Shown: positions 7,985 through 15,970, counted from the stretch's first letter. The stretch: 60,235 nt of DNA from a virus (IMGVR_UViG_3300045007_000064:1-60235), one strand, 5' to 3'. Translations and numbers: made by a program. The notes: a model not told the origin generated them from the sequence alone.

Positions 7985-8386
7985 CTACCAGGCCGTGATC
8001 GTGACGACGGGGGTGACCGCCTGCCGGGGCGACTGGAACTTGTCGTACAGCTCGGCGTGCGCCAGGCGGACGCCCACCGCCAAGTCGCGCAGCGTGTCGG
8101 CGTTGGCCTCCGACAGCCCTGCCGTCTCGCCGTCCTCGTCCACGTTGCCGGTGAAGATGACGGGGCCGTACACCTTCGCGCCCATGAGCGCCACGACGAG
8201 GTTGACGGAATCGAACTCCTCGCCCTCGGCGTAGAGGAACTCTTCGTTGTGGTAGGACGCGAGGTCCTCCGACCAGTAGATCGGCTCGATCATGCCGCCG
8301 ACCGCGTGGCGGAGGACGGGGTACGACTCGCCCTCGACCGTCAACTCTTCGATGGTGCCGTTCGGGTTGACCTTGATGAAAAGCAT
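7985..8386 (-). CDS. DUF3846-like protein
   Basis: LRHAVGGMIEPI...YHNEEF; RBS AACAGAGAGAAAGGGAAG. Confidence 0.7.
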   Translation of the reverse strand: MLFIKVNPNGTIEELTVEGESYPVLRHAVGGMIEPIYWSEDLASYHNEEFLYAEGEEFDSVNLVVALMGAKVYGPVIFTGNVDEDGETAGLSEANADTLRDLAVGVRLAHAELYDKFQSPRQAVTPVVTITAW

Positions 8387-8432
8387 GTGCTTCCCTTTCT
8401 CTCTGTTGATACCAGTATAGACTATTCCGGGT

Positions 8433-8464
8433 AAAAAGAAAAGCCCCGATTTCTCGGGGCGATT
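8433..8464 (-). terminator. intrinsic terminator
   Basis: GCCCCGA-GAAA-TCGGGGC followed by TTTTCTTTTT. Confidence 0.85.
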
Positions 8465-8468
8465 CTTA

Positions 8469-8657
8469 TCAGACCGTCTCGTCTGCGAACTCGGAGGGGT
8501 CCCAGTCCTCGTCCTCCCAGAGTTCCTCCTGATCCTCGTCTGTCCAGGGTCGAACCTCTTCGGCCTCGTACCCGTCGTATAGCTGAGCCACTATCGCACG
8601 AGCGTGCGCCTCGTCCCGCGCCGTGATGAAATGTCCGTCAACCCAGAAGTCTCGCAT
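8469..8657 (-). CDS. small acidic hypothetical protein
   Basis: 18-nt RBS identical to that of 7985..8386; promoter TTGCAT-17-TATGCT. Confidence 0.8.
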   Translation of the reverse strand: MRDFWVDGHFITARDEAHARAIVAQLYDGYEAEEVRPWTDEDQEELWEDEDWDPSEFADETV

Positions 8658-8736
8658 GAGCTTCCCTTTCTCTCTGTTAGCACCAGCATACACCTATCAG
8701 GTATGCGATGCAAGCTTTCTGTGCTACACTGGACGC

Positions 8737-8925
8737 ATGAGCAAAAAGCATGAGCCGGATGCCGGATTCCGCATCCGCCAGGAACTCCGCAAGGGGAGCC
8801 GTACCAGCCCCCACGACACCAGGCCCAACCGCCAGCGTTCCCGCCAGGATGCAAAGCGAGCCGCGATCCGTGATTCGGATCGCGGTTTTTCTTTGCCCGG
8901 ATGCACGCAAGAGTACGCCCACTAA
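8737..8925 (+). CDS. 62-aa basic protein (MSKKHEPDAGFRIRQELRKGSRTSPH...KRAAIRDS); the only rightward gene in the cassette region
   Basis: leaderless TACACT(8725-30)-6-ATG. Confidence 0.7.
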   Translation: MSKKHEPDAGFRIRQELRKGSRTSPHDTRPNRQRSRQDAKRAAIRDSDRGFSLPGCTQEYAH

Positions 8926-8927
8926 AG
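8904..8927 (+). promoter_or_regulatory. 24-bp intergenic motif
   Basis: CACGCAAGAGTACGCCCACTAAAG. Confidence 0.8.
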
Positions 8928-8937
8928 CCCGAAGGCC

Positions 8938-9147
8938 TTAGTGCCCCTCGGGGTGGTATGCACTGTCGCAGTAGCACGGGGTCTTCCTGACCGGAGCCGA
9001 AGCCGGAGCGGGGTTGAGGTACGCGCTCGACACGTACGTGATATCAGCGAGCGAGTCCACAACGTGCGCGAGCGCGTCCGCCGCGTCGGCCTCACTCATG
9101 GGAGCGTCGGACGTGTCGATCTGGATGGTGATGGTTGCAGTACGCAT
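8938..9147 (-). CDS. hypothetical protein (cassette gene; C-terminal CxC..H..H)
   Basis: RBS AAGGGAGAGGAACCCGAA. Confidence 0.8.
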   Translation of the reverse strand: MRTATITIQIDTSDAPMSEADAADALAHVVDSLADITYVSSAYLNPAPASAPVRKTPCYCDSAYHPEGH

Positions 9148-9205
9148 TTCGGGTTCCTCTCCCTTGTGTTGATATCAGTCTACCCTATGCGGGCGATTGT
9201 GTCAA

Positions 9206-9550
9206 CTAGTACCCCAGCCACGCGTACAGCATGGCGGCGTCCAGGTACTCCGGGAGCGTGTCCCCATCGATGATCTTGTCCCCCAGGCCGTCGATCAGCT
9301 CGGAGACAGTGAACCCGTGGGCGTCGAGAATCTTCTCCACCCGCCACGTCGGGAGCATCCGGCCCACGCGCGTGACCAGGTTGGTGTACTCCGGCGAGCG
9401 CCCCCAGTACATCTCATCGTACCCGTCCGCCTGAGCCTGAGCCGCATCGCTGAGCCTGCCCACCCGCACCTCTTCGCGGGCACCGCTCTGGTGATACGCG
9501 GTGGCGGCGAGGGCAAGCGCCCGACTGGTGGCCTCTTGGTTGCTGTTCAT
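9206..9550 (-). CDS. hypothetical protein
   Basis: leaderless TTGACA-18-TAGGAT-6-ATG. Confidence 0.8.
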   Translation of the reverse strand: MNSNQEATSRALALAATAYHQSGAREEVRVGRLSDAAQAQADGYDEMYWGRSPEYTNLVTRVGRMLPTWRVEKILDAHGFTVSELIDGLGDKIIDGDTLPEYLDAAMLYAWLGY

Positions 9551-9567
9551 ATCTATATCCTACAACA

Positions 9568-9604
9568 GAAAAGCCCCGACTGTCAAGTGACAATCGGGGC
9601 GATT
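9568..9604 (-). terminator. terminator containing the downstream -35 box
   Basis: GCCCCGA stem followed by TTTTCT; TTGACA at 9586-81. Confidence 0.8.
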
Positions 9605-9613
9605 CCGGCGAGG

Positions 9614-9970
9614 TCAGGCGTCGATCAGCTCGGCGGCCTCCGACTTCTCGGCGTTGCTCTTCCGCGTCTCCGCGGCGGCCTTCGCGCGGCGGCGGCGGGC
9701 GAGGTAGTGCCCGTACTCGTCCAGGAGCGCCTGCGAGTAGCGACCGCGGGAGCCGACCGTGATCCCCTTCGCGGCGAGCTTGTCGGCGTTGGCACGCGCC
9801 CACGCGCGGATGTCGGACTCCTGCTGCTCCGCGACCTGGACGCGGACGTTGCCGATGGTCAGGTCCGCACCGGGGGTGATCGCGTCGGCGTCGAGCTTGG
9901 CGGCGAGCGAGCGCAGGTGCTTGGCGAGGTCGGCGTTGGACGTGTGCTTGATGTTGACGGTGGTACGCAT
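9614..9970 (-). CDS. Lsr2-like DNA-binding domain protein
   Basis: IRAWARAN...ITVGSRGRYSQALLDEY resembles the Lsr2 C-terminal RGR AT-hook domain; RBS AAAGGAAA. Confidence 0.75.
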   Translation of the reverse strand: MRTTVNIKHTSNADLAKHLRSLAAKLDADAITPGADLTIGNVRVQVAEQQESDIRAWARANADKLAAKGITVGSRGRYSQALLDEYGHYLARRRRAKAAAETRKSNAEKSEAAELIDA

Positions 9971-10098
9971 TGGTTTCCTTTGTTCGAAGTGATGGACTCT
10001 CTGTCCCTGTAGTAAATACATTACCCCATTCCGAAGGATTGTGTCAAGTCGATCTAAGAAAATCTTTCTTGATTCCGGAAGGCCCGAACCGCTCACGT

Positions 10099-10122
10099 CA
10101 CGCAAGAGTCCGCCCACTAAAC
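10099..10122 (+). promoter_or_regulatory. 24-bp intergenic motif
   Basis: CACGCAAGAGTCCGCCCACTAAAC. Confidence 0.85.
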
Positions 10123-10148
10123 GGAAAAGCCGGGATTTCTCCCGGCTT
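10123..10148 (-). terminator. intrinsic terminator
   Basis: GCCGGGA-GAAA-TCCCGGC followed by TTTT. Confidence 0.8.
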
Positions 10149-10153
10149 CCCGC

Positions 10154-10369
10154 TCAGACCAGCGCGCGACCCTCGCGGCTCATGTCCCACCACGAGAACA
10201 ACCCACCGCGGCTGTTCCGCTTGACTGCCGCCGTGATCGCGGCGTGGTCGTCCCCGTAGCGATCCGTCAACATGTCATGGTCGGAGGGCGAGACGTTGTA
10301 CTTCCGGTACGCCGCACGCTGCGCGTAGGTCAGTTCCCCGTAGGACTCGTCGTAAACCATCTTAGGCAT
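10154..10369 (-). CDS. hypothetical protein (cassette gene)
   Basis: RBS GGGAAAGGGAGG; promoter TTGCGT-17-TATACT. Confidence 0.8.
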   Translation of the reverse strand: MPKMVYDESYGELTYAQRAAYRKYNVSPSDHDMLTDRYGDDHAAITAAVKRNSRGGLFSWWDMSREGRALV

Positions 10370-10408
10370 TGGTGCCTCCCTTTCCCTTTGTTACTTACAG
10401 TATACGGC

Positions 10409-10443
10409 AAAAACGCCCTAGACGCAATGTCTAGGGCGCTTTT
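10409..10443. terminator. terminator with the -35 box in its loop region
   Basis: CGCCCTAGAC/GTCTAGGGCG stem with flanking A and T runs. Confidence 0.8.
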
Positions 10444-10451
10444 GGTTTCGG

Positions 10452-10658
10452 CTAGGGGAGAATCTCCCAGTCCCACTCGTCGTAATCGACGGCCACGGAC
10501 GTGAGCGTGTTGTCGAGGTCGAGGGCCACATAGGACTCATCCCCGATGAACGTCTCATCCCGGACGATCCCGACCAGAACGGACGGCGGCACGCCCTCGG
10601 CGCGCTTGCCGTAGTTGTCCTTGGCGGTGGCCTTGACGTGCTTTCCGATGTTGCTCAT
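10452..10658 (-). CDS. hypothetical protein (cassette gene)
   Basis: RBS GGGAAAGGGAGA. Confidence 0.8.
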   Translation of the reverse strand: MSNIGKHVKATAKDNYGKRAEGVPPSVLVGIVRDETFIGDESYVALDLDNTLTSVAVDYDEWDWEILP

Positions 10659-10733
10659 GGTTTCTCCCTTTCCCTGGAGTTATTACTATGAGCATACAAC
10701 AAAAACGCCCCGGATACAACCGGGGCGAGTTTG

Positions 10734-10826
10734 TTAGAGCATCGGCTCGCGGTGGGGGTTGTCCCTCCCCATCTGCGAGAGCATGAGCGCGAGGGTGATA
10801 ACCCCGGCGATGAGTGCGGCGATCAC
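10734..10826 (-). CDS. 30-aa membrane peptide MIAALIAGVITLALMLSQMGRDNPHREPML
   Basis: GTGA overlap with the upstream stop; followed by a terminator at 10700-10730. Confidence 0.55.
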   Translation of the reverse strand: MIAALIAGVITLALMLSQMGRDNPHREPML

Positions 10827-11200
10827 AGCGCCGCCACAATCGCCTGGATCGTGGCATCGCTCGGAATCTGCACGAACTTGTACGGCACCTTCGCGACGCA
10901 CTTCTCGTACGCCTCCGGGAAGGCCGACTTCATGAGGTCGTAGTCCGGCTTGGTCGCGTGCCGGAGGGAGGACAGCGAGGCGATGACCTGACCGCGCACG
11001 ACGATCTGTTCCTCGTCTCCCATCTCGGCGCGCAGCTCGGCTTCCAGCACCTTGCGCGTGCGCTCGGCGGCAGCGCCCGCGCGCTCGATGGTCTTGAGTT
11101 CTCCGATGCGCTTGACCTTCGCGAGCAGGTCGGCATCGTTGGTGACGTTGAGTCCGGGCTTGGTGTTCTTGTTCCGGCGCTGGGCGGTGGTGGTGGCCAT
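10823..11200 (-). CDS. hypothetical coiled-coil protein
   Basis: GAGGA RBS; promoter TTGACA-17-TAAGCT (11282-11254); alternative start 11212. Confidence 0.75.
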   Translation of the reverse strand: MATTTAQRRNKNTKPGLNVTNDADLLAKVKRIGELKTIERAGAAAERTRKVLEAELRAEMGDEEQIVVRGQVIASLSSLRHATKPDYDLMKSAFPEAYEKCVAKVPYKFVQIPSDATIQAIVAAL

Positions 11201-11302
11201 GAGAATCCTCATTCTCTAGTGGGAGTCCCCTTGTGGTGTGTCCCTGTACCTATAGCTTAGGGCATGTTCCCGCTAGTGTCAAGTCCCCCGCTCCCGGAGT
11301 CG

Positions 11303-11326
11303 AACGTAAGCATAATGGCACTAAAC
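11303..11326 (+). promoter_or_regulatory. 24-bp intergenic motif
   Basis: AACGTAAGCATAATGGCACTAAAC. Confidence 0.8.
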
Positions 11327-11366
11327 GGGCAGAGAAAAGCCCCCGCTGACCAGACGGGGGCGAATC

Positions 11367-11678
11367 TCAAAACGCCTCGTGAACCTCCGCGTCCAGCAGT
11401 CCAGCCGAGCGGGCGTAGACGCCGCGCTCCTTGGCCCAGGCGACCAGCTCCTTGTTCCGCGTGTTGCGGAAGGCCCCGAGGCCCTCAGGGGCGTCCTTGA
11501 CGCCGACGAGGGTTCCATCCGGCAGGGTGGCCTGCATGTAGCTGAGGTTCATGCCCGGGCGGACCCGGCGAGCGTTGGTGTCGTAGACGAGACCGGTGAG
11601 CCAGCGAACCTTGGTGACCTTGCCACCAGCGGCGATGAGTGCTGCGAGGGTCATGTAAACGGCGGGTGCAACGAACAT
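11367..11678 (-). CDS. hypothetical protein with a weak Lsr2-like C-terminus
   Basis: KELVAWAKERGVYARSAGLLDAEVHEAF; lacks the RGR motif. Confidence 0.65.
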   Translation of the reverse strand: MFVAPAVYMTLAALIAAGGKVTKVRWLTGLVYDTNARRVRPGMNLSYMQATLPDGTLVGVKDAPEGLGAFRNTRNKELVAWAKERGVYARSAGLLDAEVHEAF

Positions 11679-11777
11679 GATGTTCTCATTTCTCTTTTGA
11701 GTTACCAGGGCCGGTGTTTCCGACTAAGAACAATATACCAGGGTTCCAGGCATTGTGTCAACTTAAATACGAGAAAG

Positions 11778-11801
11778 ATTTAGTGCCTATATGCTTACGT
11801 G
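11778..11801 (-). promoter_or_regulatory. 24-bp intergenic motif
   Basis: CACGTAAGCATATAGGCACTAAAT. Confidence 0.8.
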
Positions 11802-11815
11802 TCCCCCGGAGGGGG

Positions 11816-12037
11816 TCACTCGAAAATGACCTTGCCCTTGGCCACCGCTTGCCTCCACTCGGCAGTGCCAGGGTCTAGTACCTCGCCCGTACGCGTGTTG
11901 ATTAGGGCTTCCGGCGCGTGTCCCGCGTCCGCTTGCGCGATGAGCGCGGCGCGATTGACCTTATTCAGGCGCATGCCACGGCCTATCAGTACGCCGACCA
12001 CGACGCACACGATGCCGAAAGCGATGAGCACAACCAT
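11816..12037 (-). CDS. small membrane protein
   Basis: N-terminal TM helix; leaderless TAAGCT-6-ATG. Confidence 0.75.
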   Translation of the reverse strand: MVVLIAFGIVCVVVGVLIGRGMRLNKVNRAALIAQADAGHAPEALINTRTGEVLDPGTAEWRQAVAKGKVIFE

Positions 12038-12055
12038 ATGTCTAGCTTACCAGAC

Positions 12056-12670
12056 TTAGGCGAGGTCGGCAACGTTGTACGAGTCGAACGCGCCCGCTCC
12101 CCAGTAGCGCCGCCGCCACACGACCCACGTCACGGCCTGCACGACCGCGGGGGACAGCGGCATGCCGTACTCACGCGAGAGGATGACGGACGCGCGGCGA
12201 TACTTGTCCGCGATTTCGTCATAGCGCTTGCGCGACAGCTTAGGCACATCGTTGGTCACCGAACGATCGTTGTGTGCCAGGCAGTACGCGTGCCTGTCAA
12301 TCGTCACGCCCTCCGCGCCGCCCGTAATGATGCTCAGGTAGAAGTTGTTGACCTTGAGACCGCCGAGCGCGTCGATAGTGCCCTCCGCAATGATCCGGCG
12401 AGCTTTCGCGAGGTTCGCACTGAGGTAGCCGGAGTCGAGGGTCCCACCGGACGCGAACATGCGCGCCGCGAGGTTGACGTTGTTCCCCCAGGAGTTGAGG
12501 GGAGACAGCGCGGCGAGCACACCGGCAGTCACGTGCACCGGGAGCGAGTGCTTAGCGGCGAACGCCTCAGCGATGAGACGAGCGTCCGCGTACCACGCGA
12601 TACCCTCAGCGATGAGGTCGGCGTCCGCAGAGCGGAAGACTGCCGTGATGTTGCGAGTGTGAAGAGCCAT
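12056..12670 (-). CDS. conserved phage protein, possible HhH-GPD glycosylase-like fold
   Basis: AALSP..W..N, LGGLKVNNF, VTIDRHA, VQAVTWVVWR; RBS GGGAAAGGGA; promoter TTGCAT-17-TAAGCT. Confidence 0.7.
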   Translation of the reverse strand: MALHTRNITAVFRSADADLIAEGIAWYADARLIAEAFAAKHSLPVHVTAGVLAALSPLNSWGNNVNLAARMFASGGTLDSGYLSANLAKARRIIAEGTIDALGGLKVNNFYLSIITGGAEGVTIDRHAYCLAHNDRSVTNDVPKLSRKRYDEIADKYRRASVILSREYGMPLSPAVVQAVTWVVWRRRYWGAGAFDSYNVADLA

Positions 12671-12780
12671 TGTGGATTCCCTTTCCCTTGGTGGCTGATA
12701 TCTACAGCTTACACCATGACGGGGGAGGATGCAAACCCTAATCCGAAACTAGTTCAAACCCGTATCCGCAATGCTCGTAC

Positions 12781-12804
12781 GTTTAGTGGCTAGACTCTTA
12801 CGTG
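12781..12804 (-). promoter_or_regulatory. 24-bp intergenic motif
   Basis: CACGTAAGAGTCTAGCCACTAAAC. Confidence 0.85.
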
Positions 12805-12849
12805 CTCCGGGCAGCAGAAAAGGCGACCCGCGTAGGGCCGCCCTTTCTG

Positions 12850-13182
12850 TCACGCGAACGGGTTGTAGATTGCTCCGGGATTTCCGCTGATCCGGCGAAG
12901 TTCCGCTTCGCGCTCGCGTGCGACCCGCGCGAAGTTCTCCCCGTACAGCTCTCGCTCCGGCTCTCCCGCGGCGATGTTGCGCTGAAGCTCCCGACGTGCG
13001 TTGTAGAGTGCTCCACTCATGACCCCGCCGATCACGTTGACCAGCGTGTGAGCCTCAGCGACCACGCGCCGCCTGTACTCGAACGGAACCTGAATAAGTT
13101 CCTTCGCCTGCGCGGGATGAATCCCGACACCGTATCCGCCCGCGTCGATGCTGGCCTGAAGTTCTGCGTCCGTATATTCCAT
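12850..13182 (-). CDS. hypothetical protein (cassette gene)
   Basis: RBS GGGAAAGGGAG; terminator at 12816-12848. Confidence 0.8.
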   Translation of the reverse strand: MEYTDAELQASIDAGGYGVGIHPAQAKELIQVPFEYRRRVVAEAHTLVNVIGGVMSGALYNARRELQRNIAAGEPERELYGENFARVAREREAELRRISGNPGAIYNPFA

Positions 13183-13268
13183 GATGCTCCCTTTCCCGGA
13201 GGTTGTATGTCCAGCATACACCATAGACACAGAAAAAGCGACCCGCATTACGCGGGCCGCTCATTCTG

Positions 13269-13676
13269 TCAGTCGTCCAGCCCCGTGAGGGTCGTCTCCC
13301 GACCGAAGGTCTCGAAGTACAGCTCCCGGGCGCGAACCCACTCGTCGGGGTCGTCCCACTCGCCATCGGACTCGATGCGGAAGTCCGGGGACTCCTCCCG
13401 GATGCGCAGGAGCGCGGCGCACACCACCACGTCATACGGCTCCCGGCCCGTCTTGCAGAAGTCCGAACCGCCCGACGCCGAGACCGAGAACGTCTCGTAG
13501 TCCTCGCCGTCCGCAGCCCAGCCGTTGAAACGGACCTCATCCGGCGTGAGGATCGGCTTGCCCTCACCGAGTCCATCCCCGATCTTGACGGCGGACCCCT
13601 CGATGATCTTGGCGATGTCCTCGATGACTTCGTTGCTCAGGATGGGCGTGCCCTCCCAATAGTGCGAGTATCCCAC
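13269..13676 (-). CDS. conserved phage hypothetical protein (MGYxHYW...FNG...FCKT.R.PYD)
   Basis: RBS GGAAAGGGAG; terminator at 13232-13262. Confidence 0.8.
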   Translation of the reverse strand: MGYSHYWEGTPILSNEVIEDIAKIIEGSAVKIGDGLGEGKPILTPDEVRFNGWAADGEDYETFSVSASGGSDFCKTGREPYDVVVCAALLRIREESPDFRIESDGEWDDPDEWVRARELYFETFGRETTLTGLDD

Positions 13677-13737
13677 GATGTTCTCCCTTTCCGGAGGTTG
13701 TTTGTTGATTACAGCTTACAGGAATGACAGCGAAGTG

Positions 13738-14112
13738 TCAAGCCTGCCGCTCGACGGCGAGAACTTCCACGGCCTCGAACCGGGCCTCCGAATCGGCATC
13801 CGTGGACGGGACGAACCAGCCCGCGCGGGTGCCGCGTGACTTGACGACACCGCTGCGCCCATCCACGAGGGTGATCTTGTCCCCCGCAGCGATGGTCAGG
13901 TGCCGCGCCATGATCCGCGCGTGCTCCCGGTGCAGCTCGGCGGTGTCGTAGTCCAGCCGATCCTGCGCGTTGTTGCGCTCGGTGCGGAGGTCCAGGTACT
14001 CATTCCCGGAAGCGGCACCACCGCTCTCCAGGTACTCCGTCATGGCCGACAGGGCGTCACTCACGCGCGCCTCCGACTCAGCGACCCTGATCCGCAGTTC
14101 TGCGTAGCTCAT
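13738..14112 (-). CDS. hypothetical protein (coiled coil plus SH3-like tail)
   Basis: RBS GGAAAGGGAAG. Confidence 0.8.
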   Translation of the reverse strand: MSYAELRIRVAESEARVSDALSAMTEYLESGGAASGNEYLDLRTERNNAQDRLDYDTAELHREHARIMARHLTIAAGDKITLVDGRSGVVKSRGTRAGWFVPSTDADSEARFEAVEVLAVERQA

Positions 14113-14188
14113 GTCTTCCCTTTCCGTGTGGCTGATATGGCCAGCTTACCACACATCGGAGCTAATGGGAAGTACCCTGCGCATCGGA

Positions 14189-14212
14189 GTTTAGTGCCAG
14201 TATGCTTACGTG
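14189..14212 (-). promoter_or_regulatory. 24-bp intergenic motif
   Basis: CACGTAAGCATACTGGCACTAAAC. Confidence 0.85.
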
Positions 14213-14221
14213 ATCGGCACA

Positions 14222-14414
14222 GCCAAGTGCCCCGGGCGTCCGTGTCAGAGACTTCCCGGGGCTGAATGGGACACCCACGCGCTCCGGCGTGGCATTCCTT
14301 GGTGACGTTTTTGCTACTCGCATGTGCACTGCGTTTTCGGGGCCGTCTCCCCCACACCCCAGTCCGAAGACTGGACGCACTAGGCCTAAGTGGTTTATCC
14401 TCCCCTAGTGGAGT
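14222..14414 (-). ncRNA. candidate structured ncRNA (~190 nt)
   Basis: promoter TTGCGG-17-TAAGCT (14449-14421); CACUAGG/CCUAGUG stem, C(UUCG)G hairpin 14359-74, GGGG/CCCC and CCACGC/GCGUGG stems, terminal GCCCCGGG stem. Confidence 0.6.
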
Positions 14415-14432
14415 ACTTACAGCTTACCGCAC

Positions 14433-14831
14433 TTAGGCCGAAACCGCAAGGGCGAAATCGAGGGCGTCCGAAGCGAACGCCTCCCGGGCGGCAGCATCCC
14501 CGAGGACGTAATCGTCCTCAAATCGGGAGGGGAACTCATCCGCGAAGTCGGAGAGTGCCACGGCAGGATCGAGGTCGTCCAGGCGACCGTGAACGGCGGC
14601 GAAGATGAGCCGGTACGCGCGGGGCTTGATGACCTCGAACAGTCCTTCGGACTCGTCGGGGCGGATCAGCCGCACCGCGTTGCAGATCAACTCGCACATG
14701 CCACGCATGTACTCGTCGTAATCCGGCTCCGGGAGGTCGGTCTCACCCGCCCAACCCTCGGCGGCGGCTTGGATGATGAGCTTGCCGCACGGGTCGAATG
14801 CGTGGACAAACTTGACCTTGGTAACGCTCAT
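14433..14831 (-). CDS. acidic hypothetical protein
   Basis: RBS GGGAAAGGGAG; TAAGCT promoter. Confidence 0.8.
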   Translation of the reverse strand: MSVTKVKFVHAFDPCGKLIIQAAAEGWAGETDLPEPDYDEYMRGMCELICNAVRLIRPDESEGLFEVIKPRAYRLIFAAVHGRLDDLDPAVALSDFADEFPSRFEDDYVLGDAAAREAFASDALDFALAVSA

Positions 14832-14891
14832 GATGCTCCCTTTCCCAAAGCTCTGTTGTTACCTACAGCTTACAGCACCCGAACCGCATTG

Positions 14892-15197
14892 TCAATGCAA
14901 GTCCTCGTACAGCCCGGCCACCTTCCGCAGCGCGAGCTTGGCATCCTCCACACGCTGATACTGCGAGGCGTACGGGTAGGCCTCCGTCCGGAGGTCGGTG
15001 TACGCCGCGTCGAGTTCCGCCATAGCGGCATCGAACTTGGCGGCATCGACCTTCGGGCCGACCGGCACGCCGTGGTCGCTCGCGTACTCCAGGATCGCGT
15101 ACTCATCGAAGTCGTCGTAGTCCTCGAACTCCACGATGACCGAATTGGTCAGGTCGGTGATCGAACCATCACCCGTGTTGACAACGTAAGTGCTCAT
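14892..15197 (-). CDS. acidic hypothetical protein
   Basis: RBS GAAAGGGAAA; TTGACA-17-TAAGCT. Confidence 0.8.
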   Translation of the reverse strand: MSTYVVNTGDGSITDLTNSVIVEFEDYDDFDEYAILEYASDHGVPVGPKVDAAKFDAAMAELDAAYTDLRTEAYPYASQYQRVEDAKLALRKVAGLYEDLH

Positions 15198-15226
15198 GAG
15201 ATTTCCCTTTCTCGAATACCTACAGC

Positions 15227-15418
15227 TTACCGCACGTCGGCAGGCTTGTCAACTGGCCACATGAACTCGTGCGCGTTGTCCGGGGTGATGCCGAACAGGT
15301 TGAGCATGTCAGCGGTGTTGTCCTCGGCGGGGCGCTCCGAAGCGACCGCACCCGCCATGACGGCGCAGAAAGCCGCACCGACCGCACAGGCGATGATCCC
15401 CAGGGTGATGATGTCCAT
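15227..15418 (-). CDS. small membrane protein
   Basis: N-terminal TM helix; starts 2 nt after the upstream stop. Confidence 0.7.
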   Translation of the reverse strand: MDIITLGIIACAVGAAFCAVMAGAVASERPAEDNTADMLNLFGITPDNAHEFMWPVDKPADVR

Positions 15419-15420
15419 GC

Positions 15421-15837
15421 TCAGGCCCCGTAGTCGAGACGGATGCCGCCGCCCAGGATGCCGACCGCACGCCCGAACTCTGGGAGGGCCGCCGCGGCCT
15501 CCCCGGCGAAGCACACGGCATCGAACTCCTCGAACGGCGAGTCACCCCAGCTCATGCCGCCGAAGGTCAGGAAGTACAGGGCATCGTTGCCGGGAATCTC
15601 CCACGACGCGACATACGGGTCTCCGAGGCGGGAGTCGTCGATGAACTTGACGCCCTCCACGATGGAAGCGATGAGGTCGTCCACGGCGGTCTCTTCGTCC
15701 TCGAAGAATCCTGCCGCGTCGATGTCATCGAGCTTCGCGGCGATCTGGTCACGGAAAGACTCCACAACCGCGCGAACGTCCTCGATGCTCTTGCTCTTCT
15801 CGGCAGTCAGTCCGCCGCCGATGTATGATGCGCCCAT
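15421..15837 (-). CDS. acidic hypothetical protein
   Basis: RBS GAAAGGGAGG. Confidence 0.8.
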   Translation of the reverse strand: MGASYIGGGLTAEKSKSIEDVRAVVESFRDQIAAKLDDIDAAGFFEDEETAVDDLIASIVEGVKFIDDSRLGDPYVASWEIPGNDALYFLTFGGMSWGDSPFEEFDAVCFAGEAAAALPEFGRAVGILGGGIRLDYGA

Positions 15838-15946
15838 TTGGGGCCTCCCTTTCTCTCTTACGCCTAGCTTACACCGCATCCGCATCAGAGTCAAATGCAC
15901 CTTACCGGCATATCCTCCGAACATGCGCGTATCGGGCATACGGCAT

Positions 15947-15970
15947 CACGCAAGAGGACTGGCACTAAAC
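15947..15970 (+). promoter_or_regulatory. 24-bp intergenic motif
   Basis: CACGCAAGAGGACTGGCACTAAAC. Confidence 0.85.

Noticed and set aside
14162-14380. 72-aa GTG ORF under the ncRNA candidate
   Set aside because: GGAGG is about 19 nt from the start, composition is atypical, and the frame runs through the terminal hairpin and the 24-bp motif. Not fully excluded.
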